A stretch of DNA of 64,000 nucleotides from Candidatus Ozemobacteraceae bacterium (GCA_965140445.1 OZ223236.1:832001-896000); one strand, 5' to 3'. Counted from the stretch's first letter, positions 27,569 through 37,016 are shown. A program made the numbers and translations. The notes: a model not told the origin generated them from the letters alone.

Positions 27569-30500
27569 TTATTGAACGGTAGGAATTGCAACGGTTACTA
27601 ATGTGCTAGTTCCCGGAGTGCTTTTGACACTGACTTTTCCTTTTTGGGATTCCACAAGTTTTTTTACAACCGATAGCCCTAATCCCAGAGTTTTTCGTTC
27701 AATTGGGGAGAACGGAATGAAGAGCTTTTTCTGATTTTCTTCTTTTATTCCATCTCCACTATCAAAGATAATAAATTCTATAACGTTATCTGTTTTAGGT
27801 TTTAATCTGGTAACAACTTTTATCTCTCCACCGTTTTTGACTGCAAGTAATGCGTTAATAAAAAGGTTAGTTGCAATGAGCTTAAAGCTGTCAATATCTA
27901 TGGCTACGCTGGGAAGATTTTTGGGAAGACTTTTGGAAACTTTAAGACCTTTTCCGACTTCTTTTTCTCCAGATACTAATCTAGCTGTTACAACATGCTC
28001 TTTCAGACGACCAAAGATTTCTTTTTCTATTAGTTCATTTAATTGTATTTTTTTCAGGTTATTTTGTGTTTCACCAAAATGCGCCAGAAGATTTTTTAGA
28101 TTGAAATCCATCTTTTGGCCCTGGGCTTGAATTAGAGGAAGAACTTTTGCTGCATCTTCGTTTTTGGCAGCTTGTGCGCGCATATGAGCAAGCGGATCAG
28201 CCAGGCCTTTTTTCAAAAGCTCATTTGAAATGTTTGCAACAGTTCCGGAATTATCTCCACCAATGCTTTTTAAAGCTGAAGTGAATTCATGTAGTTCTTT
28301 GGTAAAGTCTCCCAGTCCTGCAATTGGAGTATCTGTTGATATGGCAGGAGTTTGGGAATCTATTTCAGCTTGAGCCGCAGCATCGCTTTCTGCTTTCAAG
28401 GTTGCTCTTGATTTGTGTTTAAAAGGCGTTTTGCCAACATCGTCTTCTGCGTCTGCGCCTTCGTCTATTGTTGTTCTGACGACTTCCTCAACAGTTGTTG
28501 CCCCTGAAAGCAATTTATACAAAGCCGATTCACGCAAAGACAGCATTCCATCAGCAAGAGCTTGTCTGCGCATTGCTTCTGTTGTTGCACTTTCTTCTAC
28601 CAGCTCTTTGAAATCTTGGGTCATGTTGAGAACTTCGTAAATACCTTGTCTGCCCTTCATTCCAGAGTTGTCACATTCAGGGCAGCCCTGACCTTTATAA
28701 AACTTTATGTTTTCCAGGTCTATTTTATCTGTGAGTCTTAATTTCTCTATTAATTTTTGATCCACGCCAAGGGTTCTTAATAGATCTTTGTCGGGTGTAT
28801 ATTCAACCTTGCACGTCTTACAAATTCTTCGAACCAGTCTCTGCGCTTCAACAATACGTAATGCTGTAGAAAGGCTGAAAGGTTCAATTCCCATATTTAA
28901 AAGACGAGCAACTGTTGAAGGAGCATCATTGGTATGAAGAGTTGAAATGACCAGATGGCCTGTCATTGCTGCTTTAATTGCAATACTCGCAGAATCATAA
29001 TCGCGAATCTCACCCAACATAACTACGTCTGGATCCTGCCTAAGGAAGGAACGCAATGCGGCAGAAAAGTCGAGTCCGATGTCTGCATGACATTGGACCT
29101 GATTGATTCCCATAAGGTTATATTCCACCGGATCTTCGGCGGTCATAATGTTAACGCCAGGATTGTTTAAAAGGTGTAGAGCTGAATAGAGGGTTGTTGT
29201 TTTTCCAGAGCCTGTTGGTCCTGTAACAAGAACGATTCCATTTGGAGCTCTAACCCCTTCCATAAATGTTTCAAGAACATGAGGTTCAAACCCAAGATCT
29301 GTCAGGTCAACCTTTAAGTTGCCCTGATCCAAAAGACGCATAACAACTTTTTCGCCCCAAACACAAGGAATACAAGATACACGGAGATCCAGCTTGCTTT
29401 TCTGAATCATCATCTTGATACGCCCGTCTTGTGGCTTTCTGGTTTCGGCAATATCAAGGTTTGCCATAACCTTAATTCTGCTTATAACTCCAGCGTGAGC
29501 TCCTTTGGCCGGGGTCATGTGGAGTTTTAATACACCATCTTGTCTAAATCTTACTCTTAACTCTGTTTCGTAGACCTCAATATGAATATCCGAAACTTTT
29601 AGCTGGTATGCCTGGGTAAGAATTAAGTTAACAAGCTTGATAATCGGGGCATCATTTTCACCAAATTCAAGCCCATCTTCGCCTTCGCCACCGGAGCCTT
29701 CTGTTCCAATGCCATCAGCGAGTGCATCTATGCTATCTCCATAAAGATTGCCAAGTGCTGACATAATAGATAGTTCCGAACTAACAACTGGAGAGACACG
29801 CATTCCAGTCATCATTTCAATATGGTCGATAGTAATAATGTCGGTTGGGTCGGTCATGGCAAGAACCAACTTGCCTTTTTCTCTCTTAACTGGGCAAAGA
29901 ATTTGTTCGTAGCACAATTTTTTGGGTAATAATGTTGCTAATACTGGATCTACAAGACTTTCGTCCAGGTCGATAAATGGGATACTAAATTGTTTTGATA
30001 GAGCTATTGAGAGTTGCTTGTTAGTAAGAATTCCGTGCTTAACCAGGTAAGCTCCCATTCTAAGCTTTTCGTTTTTTGCTCCCTTGAGAGCCTCTCCTAA
30101 TTGTTCATCCGTAATATATTTGGATTCAATTAGAATGTCGCCAAGACGTTTTTTTCCCTGACCCTTTTTCTTGTTCTTACTGGCCTTGCCATCGTTGAGC
30201 ATTTGATCAATTTTTTCATCCAGTTGATCAGCTAAAACTTTTGCCAAACGAATGCCTAATGCCGGGCTGGCTCCAAGGTTAAGTGCCAGGTCTGGAATTG
30301 CTGGATTCACAGCTCCGACCAGCAGTTCCTGCCCACTAAGCTGTATTGGAATTACCAGATTGGTTTTTATGGAGTCTGGAGGTATAAGCTTAAAAGCTTC
30401 AAGGGGGATGTCCTGCTCTTCGAGATTGATAAATGGCATATTCAAAATCGAAGCTTCCAGTTTGGCTAATGTGACCGGATCAATGTTTTCCCGCGCGGCA

Positions 30501-30664
30501 ACAGCTTCTACAAGAGATTCTGCTTCGGGGTTGTTTGCTCTAAGATTTGCCCATTCTTCTGGACTGAGCAGATCTTCTTTTTGTAAGAGCCTGCCAAGCT
30601 CATCAATAGATTCAGCATCCAGTGGAAAAGCTTGAAATGATGTTTTAAAAATTCCTTGATCCAT
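27569..30664 (-). CDS. pilB: PilB/GspE-family ATPase with duplicated N-terminal domains and C-terminal HATPase_c domain
   Basis: GPTGSGKT, AEDPVEY, LRQDPDVVMLGEIRD, TGHLVISTLHTN, CKTC/CPEC; MshEN-like RLGDIL; C-terminal NLFINA, DSGDGI, LFIPF, GLGL. Confidence 0.9.
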   Translation of the reverse strand: MDQGIFKTSFQAFPLDAESIDELGRLLQKEDLLSPEEWANLRANNPEAESLVEAVAARENIDPVTLAKLEASILNMPFINLEEQDIPLEAFKLIPPDSIKTNLVIPIQLSGQELLVGAVNPAIPDLALNLGASPALGIRLAKVLADQLDEKIDQMLNDGKASKNKKKGQGKKRLGDILIESKYITDEQLGEALKGAKNEKLRMGAYLVKHGILTNKQLSIALSKQFSIPFIDLDESLVDPVLATLLPKKLCYEQILCPVKREKGKLVLAMTDPTDIITIDHIEMMTGMRVSPVVSSELSIMSALGNLYGDSIDALADGIGTEGSGGEGEDGLEFGENDAPIIKLVNLILTQAYQLKVSDIHIEVYETELRVRFRQDGVLKLHMTPAKGAHAGVISRIKVMANLDIAETRKPQDGRIKMMIQKSKLDLRVSCIPCVWGEKVVMRLLDQGNLKVDLTDLGFEPHVLETFMEGVRAPNGIVLVTGPTGSGKTTTLYSALHLLNNPGVNIMTAEDPVEYNLMGINQVQCHADIGLDFSAALRSFLRQDPDVVMLGEIRDYDSASIAIKAAMTGHLVISTLHTNDAPSTVARLLNMGIEPFSLSTALRIVEAQRLVRRICKTCKVEYTPDKDLLRTLGVDQKLIEKLRLTDKIDLENIKFYKGQGCPECDNSGMKGRQGIYEVLNMTQDFKELVEESATTEAMRRQALADGMLSLRESALYKLLSGATTVEEVVRTTIDEGADAEDDVGKTPFKHKSRATLKAESDAAAQAEIDSQTPAISTDTPIAGLGDFTKELHEFTSALKSIGGDNSGTVANISNELLKKGLADPLAHMRAQAAKNEDAAKVLPLIQAQGQKMDFNLKNLLAHFGETQNNLKKIQLNELIEKEIFGRLKEHVVTARLVSGEKEVGKGLKVSKSLPKNLPSVAIDIDSFKLIATNLFINALLAVKNGGEIKVVTRLKPKTDNVIEFIIFDSGDGIKEENQKKLFIPFSPIERKTLGLGLSVVKKLVESQKGKVSVKSTPGTSTLVTVAIPTVQ

Positions 30665-30689
30665 AAATTTTCACTCTAACCCGTTTTGT

Positions 30690-32108
30690 TTACTTCTGTT
30701 CACCAAGAATTTTTTTGGCTACTTTCGCGAAAGATTCTCTAAGATGTAGCTCTAATGCTTCCTTTAGATGAGTTCTAGATTTCTTCTTAGCTTTATTCCT
30801 TAGCAACATTCCCAGCTGGAAGTGTGCGTCGGCGTATCTTGGATTTAGCTCAAGAGCTTTCTCCAGGTTTTCTTTTGCTTTAGATTCATTTTTTAACTGA
30901 ATATGAGATAGTGCAATCCAGTAAAAAGCATCAGGATACTGGTCATTTATCTGGACAGCTTCTTCAAAATTTCTCAGGGCCTCTTCCCATTGGCAATCTT
31001 CGAAATATTTGATTCCAAGATTTATTCTGCTGGAAGCAAGGTCCAAGTCCATAATGGCTATCTTTTTTAGTTCAACAAGAGCTTCTTCAAGGTAACCTTG
31101 ATTATAAAGATTAGTAAAAGCTCTGTATTCAGGAGATTTATCTTTCCCTTTGTGGATAACCATTTGTTTATAAAAGTCTATGGATTTTTCATAATCCTCT
31201 ATCAACTCATGAATCATTCCAAGGTAAAAATAAGCGGAAATCAATTCTGGATTCTCTTTTACTATTTTCTTTAAAACACTTTTTGCTTCAGAAAAATAGC
31301 CACGAAAGAAAAGAGATTTTCCCAAGGATAGTCCAACATCCAGATAGTTTGGATGACTGAAAAATTCTTGTCTGAGGGATTCAATTTCTTCATCAAGAGC
31401 TTGAATTCTTGTTTCAAGATTTGAAAGATTGCGTTGGGCAGTTTTCCAGTTGGGAGTTTGCCGTAACGCTTTGCGATAAAATTTTGCTGCTTCATCCAGC
31501 TGGTTGGTTTGCATCATGAGAGAGCCCAGATTATTGAAAATCTTGGGGTCATCCGGAGAAAACTCCAGGGCTCTGTCAAAGGCTTCTTGTGCTTCTTTAA
31601 ACATGCTCTTGGTAAGGTAAATATTGCCAAGATTGTTTAATACTTCCGGGTCTTCCGGGAACAGTGTCTGGGCTCTGGCAAGAGTGTGCTCGGCTTCATC
31701 TATTAATCCAACGCGTCTCTGAATGTTTGCCAGTAAAAGCAAAAGCGCGCGAGAATCTGGAATTATAGATTCCGCCTGTCTTAGCTTTTTTAAAGCCTCA
31801 AAGGGTTTATCTTCTCTTAACAGAGCTTCAACATCTTTTCCAAGATGGGAAGAATTCTCAAATCTTAAATCTTCAGAAAGTAATCTGATTTCTTCATCAA
31901 AATTTTCTTCAATATAATTTGTTAATTTTCCCGCAACCTCTTTGCCTTTTTTTATGGCTGCTTCTAGGATATAATCAATGTTTGGATAATCCCCATCAAG
32001 CTTTTTTACGTTTCTGAATTCTTGAAGTGCCGATGAAAAAAATCCGCCTCTGAAATAATTAATTCCTCTGTCAAAGTGTTCTTCAGCTTCTTTTGACTTT
32101 TTTATCAT
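30690..32108 (-). CDS. Tetratricopeptide repeat protein
   Basis: Multiple TPRs (LNNLGNIY, FNNLGSL, AYFYLGM, PRYADAHFQLG). Confidence 0.9.
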   Translation of the reverse strand: MIKKSKEAEEHFDRGINYFRGGFFSSALQEFRNVKKLDGDYPNIDYILEAAIKKGKEVAGKLTNYIEENFDEEIRLLSEDLRFENSSHLGKDVEALLREDKPFEALKKLRQAESIIPDSRALLLLLANIQRRVGLIDEAEHTLARAQTLFPEDPEVLNNLGNIYLTKSMFKEAQEAFDRALEFSPDDPKIFNNLGSLMMQTNQLDEAAKFYRKALRQTPNWKTAQRNLSNLETRIQALDEEIESLRQEFFSHPNYLDVGLSLGKSLFFRGYFSEAKSVLKKIVKENPELISAYFYLGMIHELIEDYEKSIDFYKQMVIHKGKDKSPEYRAFTNLYNQGYLEEALVELKKIAIMDLDLASSRINLGIKYFEDCQWEEALRNFEEAVQINDQYPDAFYWIALSHIQLKNESKAKENLEKALELNPRYADAHFQLGMLLRNKAKKKSRTHLKEALELHLRESFAKVAKKILGEQK

Positions 32109-32119
32109 TTTTTCAGGTG

Positions 32120-32178
32120 TTGCCTTGTTTAAAGGTTAGTGTTACAATAGCTATACCCCATTGCGAAGTTCTTGTCAA
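32120..32178. promoter_or_regulatory. Abutting divergent sigma70 promoters (TPR-pilB operon versus Clp ATPase)
   Basis: Plus strand TTGCCT-N17-TACAAT with extended -10 TG (32120-32148); minus strand TTGACA-N17-TATAGC (32178-32150). Confidence 0.55.
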
Positions 32179-32209
32179 TGGCAAAAACGTACCCTCAGGA
32201 GGGTTCCTC

Positions 32210-33661
32210 ATGGATTCCACACCCGGAATCAAGATGAAATTTTGTGAATCATTAGACCGCTTTGTTGCTATTCGTTCGTTTACACCGGAGCAGAAACAAC
32301 AGCTGTTTAAGAATATTAAGATTACTGATAAGAAGTCTTATAAACGGCTAATCATAAACGCGTCTGTTGTCAACTACCTGGACGAAATAGCTCCACTGGT
32401 ATTCGGGAACAATGAGTATCCTTTGCTCGGTGAAATCATTGAGCAGGAACTCTATAACCTTTGTGTAAAGGTTAATCCGTCTCTGGATATCAAAGAAGTT
32501 ACCATTCTTGTAGACGAAGAAACGGCTAAAGGTGGAACTATTCCAATGCTTGGTTCTGAAGCATCTGACGATGAAAAGGCCAAACAACAAAAATTTATTG
32601 AGATTGAAAAACATCTGCAAAAAAGAATCATTGGTCAGGATGAGGCGGTTGGTGCCGTTGCTCAAGCTATCAGAAAAGCAAAAGTTGGCTTGAAAAATCC
32701 TAAAAGACCAGTTGGAAGCTTTATTTTTGTTGGACAAACTGGTGTCGGTAAAACAGAACTTGCAAAAGCACTCTGCGAATTTATGACTGGCAGTGAGAAT
32801 GATCTGGTTCGTATCGATTGTTCCGAATTTGCCATGAGTCATGAATATGCAAAACTTATTGGTGCTCCTCCGGGCTATATCGGCCATAACGAAGGTGGTT
32901 ACCTTACAGAGTCAGTCAAAAACAAGCCAAATGGCGTTGTTGTTTTTGACGAAATTGAGAAAGCTCATGAAAAGGTTCATAATCTTTTGTTGCAGCTTCT
33001 TGATGAAGGCGTTTTAACCGACAGCAAAGGTGAAACAGTAAGCTTCAGAGAAAGTGTAATCATCTTGACTACCAATGTTGGTGTTTCTGACATTACCAGT
33101 GAAGAAAGTAAGCCTGGTTTTAGAGTTGGCGAAGCAGCCAGTAAACCAGTTTCTGAAAAAATTGATGACCTTTCCCATGAGCAGAAAGCAAAAATTACCC
33201 GTAAAAGTCTCGAAAAGAAATTCCCACCAGAATTTTTGAATCGTATTGACGACATTATTGTTTTCAGAGCATTAACTAAAGACGATAACCTTAAGATTTT
33301 AAATATTCTTATTGAAGAAGTTTCAGAAAGAGTTGAAGCCTTAAGTATGCGTCTTGGTTTCACAGATGAACTGATGCAATTCCTTGTTGATAAAGGGACT
33401 GACTTAAAATACGGTGCCAGACCACTTAGAAGGACTATTCATAGATACATTGAAAATCCTTTGGCAGAAGCAATTCTTAAAGGCTCCTTTGAGAAGGGCA
33501 ACGAAATCACTGCCGTTTTGGCCAAAGATGAAGATGGCAACGGTTGTGCAAGGTTTGATGTTACTGGTCAGTTTGAAGTTAAGGAAGTTGAAACTCCGCC
33601 AACACCAGAAATTTCTGGTCTTGAAGATCTTCCTGCTGAAAACATCGAAGAAGAAGAGTAA
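32210..33661 (+). CDS. Clp/Hsp100-type AAA+ ATPase with only the D2 nucleotide-binding domain
   Basis: IIGQDEAV, GQTGVGKT, PPGYIG, FDEIEKAH, PEFLNRID, YGARPLRR; start ATG 32210 after AGGAGG. Confidence 0.88.
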   Translation: MDSTPGIKMKFCESLDRFVAIRSFTPEQKQQLFKNIKITDKKSYKRLIINASVVNYLDEIAPLVFGNNEYPLLGEIIEQELYNLCVKVNPSLDIKEVTILVDEETAKGGTIPMLGSEASDDEKAKQQKFIEIEKHLQKRIIGQDEAVGAVAQAIRKAKVGLKNPKRPVGSFIFVGQTGVGKTELAKALCEFMTGSENDLVRIDCSEFAMSHEYAKLIGAPPGYIGHNEGGYLTESVKNKPNGVVVFDEIEKAHEKVHNLLLQLLDEGVLTDSKGETVSFRESVIILTTNVGVSDITSEESKPGFRVGEAASKPVSEKIDDLSHEQKAKITRKSLEKKFPPEFLNRIDDIIVFRALTKDDNLKILNILIEEVSERVEALSMRLGFTDELMQFLVDKGTDLKYGARPLRRTIHRYIENPLAEAILKGSFEKGNEITAVLAKDEDGNGCARFDVTGQFEVKEVETPPTPEISGLEDLPAENIEEEE

Positions 33662-33674
33662 GAAACCTAAAATA

Positions 33675-33705
33675 AAAAATCCCCCGTTTAAGCGGGGGAT
33701 TTTTT
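33675..33705. terminator. Bidirectional intrinsic terminator
   Basis: AAAAATCCCCCG / CGGGGGATTTTT between convergent genes. Confidence 0.85.
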
Positions 33706-33712
33706 ATTTTAG

Positions 33713-35281
33713 TTATTTAGATGCTATTTCATTGTTGCCTGAGTTTCTACTCATATACAATTCATAAGCAATTTGTCCGGCAACTGATGAAGCTTTTGTT
33801 CCTGAGTGACTTTTTTGGCCCATCAAAGTAACTATACTTAGATCTCGACCTGTTACTTTTACATAACCACCAAACCAGGTAAATAAATAATGGGGGTCAG
33901 CACCAGTTAGTGTTCCGGTTTTTCCGCCGCACATTTTAGCAAGATTTGGGCATCTTTTGTATCCACCAAAACCTTTTTTACCTGTTCCTTTAAGGGTTGT
34001 GGCATGCATCATTTCATAAATGTCTCTGGCAGTCTGCTTCTTCATTGGTTGTCCAAGCTGGAAAGGTTTTCGTCTAAACACTATTTTGTTTTTCTTAACC
34101 ACGTAATCAACCAGGTATGGCTTCATCGTTTTTCCACCATTTACAACGGTTGAAATAATTGAAGCCACATGAATAGGACTTGTTAAAAAGTTTCTGTTCA
34201 AACCAGCAGATGCCTGGCCCAATTTTGTTTTATTTGAAGGGAATTTAGCTACTGAATTGTTTACAGGCAGATCAAAGAAAAGTCTTCTGTTGAAGCCAAA
34301 TGCTTTCGCGTATTTTTCCATGGTTGATTTTCCAACCATATTAGCTATTCTTCCAAATACACCGTTGTGTGAACGGGCAAAAGCTTGCCATACTTTTAAA
34401 CAGGATCGTTTCCAGGCTCTAACATTGCTGTTTTTAGTGATTTTTTTATTATCTAATCCTGCTGCGGAGGTGATAATTTTGAAAATAGATGCTACTGGGA
34501 AGGTTGCTTTAAGAGCCCAGTTGTCTTTTTGATAGCGATTGGATTCAATATCCAGAATTTTATTTTTATGACTGGAGGCCATGGCGAGAACTGCGCCAGT
34601 GGTAGGGTCTTGTATGAGTCCAACTGCTATTCTACTTTTGTATTTCTTTAAAACGTTTTCTACCTGTTTTTGAAGGCCAGGTCTAATGGTTAGAACTATG
34701 TAGGTGTCTTTGTCGTATTGGACAATATATCTGTCCAGAAGAGAAGCATATTCCCATTTCTTACTAGAAATGGCTTGAATGTAGGAAAGAGCAGAATGCT
34801 TTGACTCTAGTCTACCGAGCTGTTTTTGCTTCTTGGCTTCTTTGGCTTTTTCTTTATCAGATGCAAGTTTGGCAACAACTACGGGGGATATTGCAGCTTC
34901 TTTTGTTTTTTCAACAAAGTTTTTGGTGTTGATATTAACTAGAGAAGATTGGGTTTGAGTGCTTTCAGTTCCCTTAATTATTTTTGAATTTTTTGCTTCG
35001 GAAATCCTGGCAATTTTTTTCTCGAGCTCTTGCAGGCTATTTGAGGTGGCTTTCCTTTTATATTGGATTGCAACGATTAATTTAGCTGTTTTTTCGCTCG
35101 AAGCAGCTCGAACAATAGGTGTCGTTTGAACTGAGCCTGAAACGTAGACGGGTTTTCCGTCTGTGTCAGACACATAGAAGACAAGAGCGTCCACCATTTT
35201 TGTATCAAGTGCTAGCCCCATAAAAATTAAATAACATATGAGGCAGATGAAATTGAGTGATTTTAGCGAATTAGAGAGCAT
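33713..35281 (-). CDS. Penicillin-binding protein (transpeptidase domain) with atypical N-terminus
   Basis: DPTTGAVLAMAS; SxxK (SIFK), SxN (SHN) and KTG(T) motifs all present. Confidence 0.85.
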   Translation of the reverse strand: MLSNSLKSLNFICLICYLIFMGLALDTKMVDALVFYVSDTDGKPVYVSGSVQTTPIVRAASSEKTAKLIVAIQYKRKATSNSLQELEKKIARISEAKNSKIIKGTESTQTQSSLVNINTKNFVEKTKEAAISPVVVAKLASDKEKAKEAKKQKQLGRLESKHSALSYIQAISSKKWEYASLLDRYIVQYDKDTYIVLTIRPGLQKQVENVLKKYKSRIAVGLIQDPTTGAVLAMASSHKNKILDIESNRYQKDNWALKATFPVASIFKIITSAAGLDNKKITKNSNVRAWKRSCLKVWQAFARSHNGVFGRIANMVGKSTMEKYAKAFGFNRRLFFDLPVNNSVAKFPSNKTKLGQASAGLNRNFLTSPIHVASIISTVVNGGKTMKPYLVDYVVKKNKIVFRRKPFQLGQPMKKQTARDIYEMMHATTLKGTGKKGFGGYKRCPNLAKMCGGKTGTLTGADPHYLFTWFGGYVKVTGRDLSIVTLMGQKSHSGTKASSVAGQIAYELYMSRNSGNNEIASK

Positions 35282-35289
35282 CTTTTACC

Positions 35290-35844
35290 TTAGTTTTGTT
35301 GGGACTTAAGAATGCTCTTTAGCATTCCGGTTCCGGGGACTTTTAAAACGGCTCCAGGTTGAAGGCTTTTTTCATTTGTAATTCGATTTAATCTAGTTAG
35401 AGCTTGCACCATTCTGGTATTTCCATAGAGTCTTTTTGAAATTGATACGAGGTTATCGCCAGGAATAATACGGTATTCAAAAAACCTCTTGTCGTCAGAG
35501 CTCCTGACAGTGTGGCTTCTATCGCCAGTGAAAATTTCAGTATCAATTTTTGCTGATGGAAAAGCTCTTGCTATGCGATCGTTTTTTATCGCAGGAGCAA
35601 ATGCACCTTCTGGTGCAACAATGTTTGGTCTGGAACTTTTTGCATTGCTTACCAGACTATCAATTCTTCCAACCAAAAAGGGTGGAGCAGGCTTGTCAAT
35701 TCCAGGGAGAATGTTTGTTCGTGGTCCTATATCACCATGAATTGTAAATGCAAAAGCTATTTGCAACATGAATAGACCAATCACAAAGAAAAGGAATAGA
35801 CCAAGCTGTGGTTTAGATTTGTTTTCTGCCTTAGGTGTGTGCAT
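35290..35844 (-). CDS. LysM peptidoglycan-binding domain protein
   Basis: N-terminal TM/signal; YRIIPGDNLVSISKRLYG...LNRI...LQPGAVLKVP; RBS GGAGGTG. Confidence 0.85.
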   Translation of the reverse strand: MHTPKAENKSKPQLGLFLFFVIGLFMLQIAFAFTIHGDIGPRTNILPGIDKPAPPFLVGRIDSLVSNAKSSRPNIVAPEGAFAPAIKNDRIARAFPSAKIDTEIFTGDRSHTVRSSDDKRFFEYRIIPGDNLVSISKRLYGNTRMVQALTRLNRITNEKSLQPGAVLKVPGTGMLKSILKSQQN

Positions 35845-35873
35845 TCAACCCACCTCCTATATTTCTACAGATA

Positions 35874-35901
35874 ATATCGGCAGGTTTTATGCACCAATTT
35901 A
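35874..35901 (-). promoter_or_regulatory. Sigma28 (FliA/SigD)-type promoter
   Basis: TAAA-N16-GCCGATAT, matching the SigD consensus, upstream of the LysM-PBP pair. Confidence 0.8.
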
Positions 35902-35906
35902 AAGTT

Positions 35907-36905
35907 TTATTGAATTTCTTCCTGCTCGTGCTCTAATGCTTTTTTCTGAAAGTCAGAGAATTTAATTCCTTCTATAGTTAAGATGGAAAATCCTGCTATC
36001 AATATGTATATATATGCCAGAGAGTGGGATATCATACCGAAAACTGCACTAAGCTCCTTTGGCTGATGCAAAATATTTGTTAAAACGACTACGCAACAGA
36101 ATTCATAGATTCCAATCATTCCTGGGCTTGAAGGAATCATTGCTCCTACAGATAAAATAGCGATAAGTAAAATCGCTTCCATGATTCCAAAGGGAAGTGC
36201 GAAAAGTTTTATACACAGGAACATGGTTAGTATTGAAAAGGCCCAGGCAATAAAAGAAACTATTAGAGCCTTGGCAAATCTAAGTGGATCGCCTATAAGC
36301 TTTAAACCATCTACAAAAGAATCTCTTATTCCAGATAATTTGTCTGCAATAACCTTGGGAAAGAGGCTTAAAATAAAATTCGTGATTTTGAGAAAAAGTG
36401 GCTTGCGGAATTCAAGCAGCAAGATTCCTAATAAGACGATTGCATAAAACACTATTGCTGAAATTCCTGCTTTTTGTATGTTGGCAGAGGTCGGATATTT
36501 ATTAAGGGAAAACACAATAATTGTTACTATGACAAGCCCATCAAGAAATCTTTCAAAAACAATTGAACCAAATGCTTCAGAAGCCGGAGCAATTTCTTTT
36601 CGCTTTATATATATTGCGCGAAGAAATTCTCCTCCACGGGCCGGTAAAAGATTATTGAATAAGTAACCTAACAATAGTCCAAAGTAGGATTTTGAAAAAG
36701 TTAGAGGACGGTCAAATAAAATTAATCTCCATCTTGCTGCTCTAACAAGGTGTTCGCATGTTATCGAAAAAATCATTAAAACAATATATTGATATTGTAG
36801 TCCGGAAAGAATGTCAGGAATAGCCTTCCATTCTACTTTTTGCAGTGCAAGCCATAGAAAAAAAACGCTGACTAAAATTCCCCAAAATTTCTTGGATTTT
36901 AACAT
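35907..36905 (-). CDS. Lysylphosphatidylglycerol synthase TM-domain / flippase-like protein (UPF0104)
   Basis: RAARW, NNLLPARGGEFLR, ERFLD, PSSPGMIGIYE motifs; ATG 36905 preferred as start. Confidence 0.85.
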   Translation of the reverse strand: MLKSKKFWGILVSVFFLWLALQKVEWKAIPDILSGLQYQYIVLMIFSITCEHLVRAARWRLILFDRPLTFSKSYFGLLLGYLFNNLLPARGGEFLRAIYIKRKEIAPASEAFGSIVFERFLDGLVIVTIIVFSLNKYPTSANIQKAGISAIVFYAIVLLGILLLEFRKPLFLKITNFILSLFPKVIADKLSGIRDSFVDGLKLIGDPLRFAKALIVSFIAWAFSILTMFLCIKLFALPFGIMEAILLIAILSVGAMIPSSPGMIGIYEFCCVVVLTNILHQPKELSAVFGMISHSLAYIYILIAGFSILTIEGIKFSDFQKKALEHEQEEIQ

Positions 36906-36912
36906 ACTGCGC

Positions 36913-36941
36913 ATGGTACCATGAGTGAGTTAATGGAACAA
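36913..36941 (-). promoter_or_regulatory. Sigma70 promoter, leaderless geometry
   Basis: TTGTTC-N17-TACCAT (extended -10 TG)-N7-ATG with no Shine-Dalgarno. Confidence 0.55.
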
Positions 36942-37016
36942 CAAAGAAAGATGTTTTTGTGTTCCTTGTTTTTTGTCTTTGAATTCAGCAGTAATAAAGG
37001 AAAAAGCTCAATATAT

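Noticed and set aside
32093..32209. N-terminal extension of the Clp ORF in the track
   Set aside because: Overlaps the TPR gene start and both promoters; ATG 32210 has AGGAGG.
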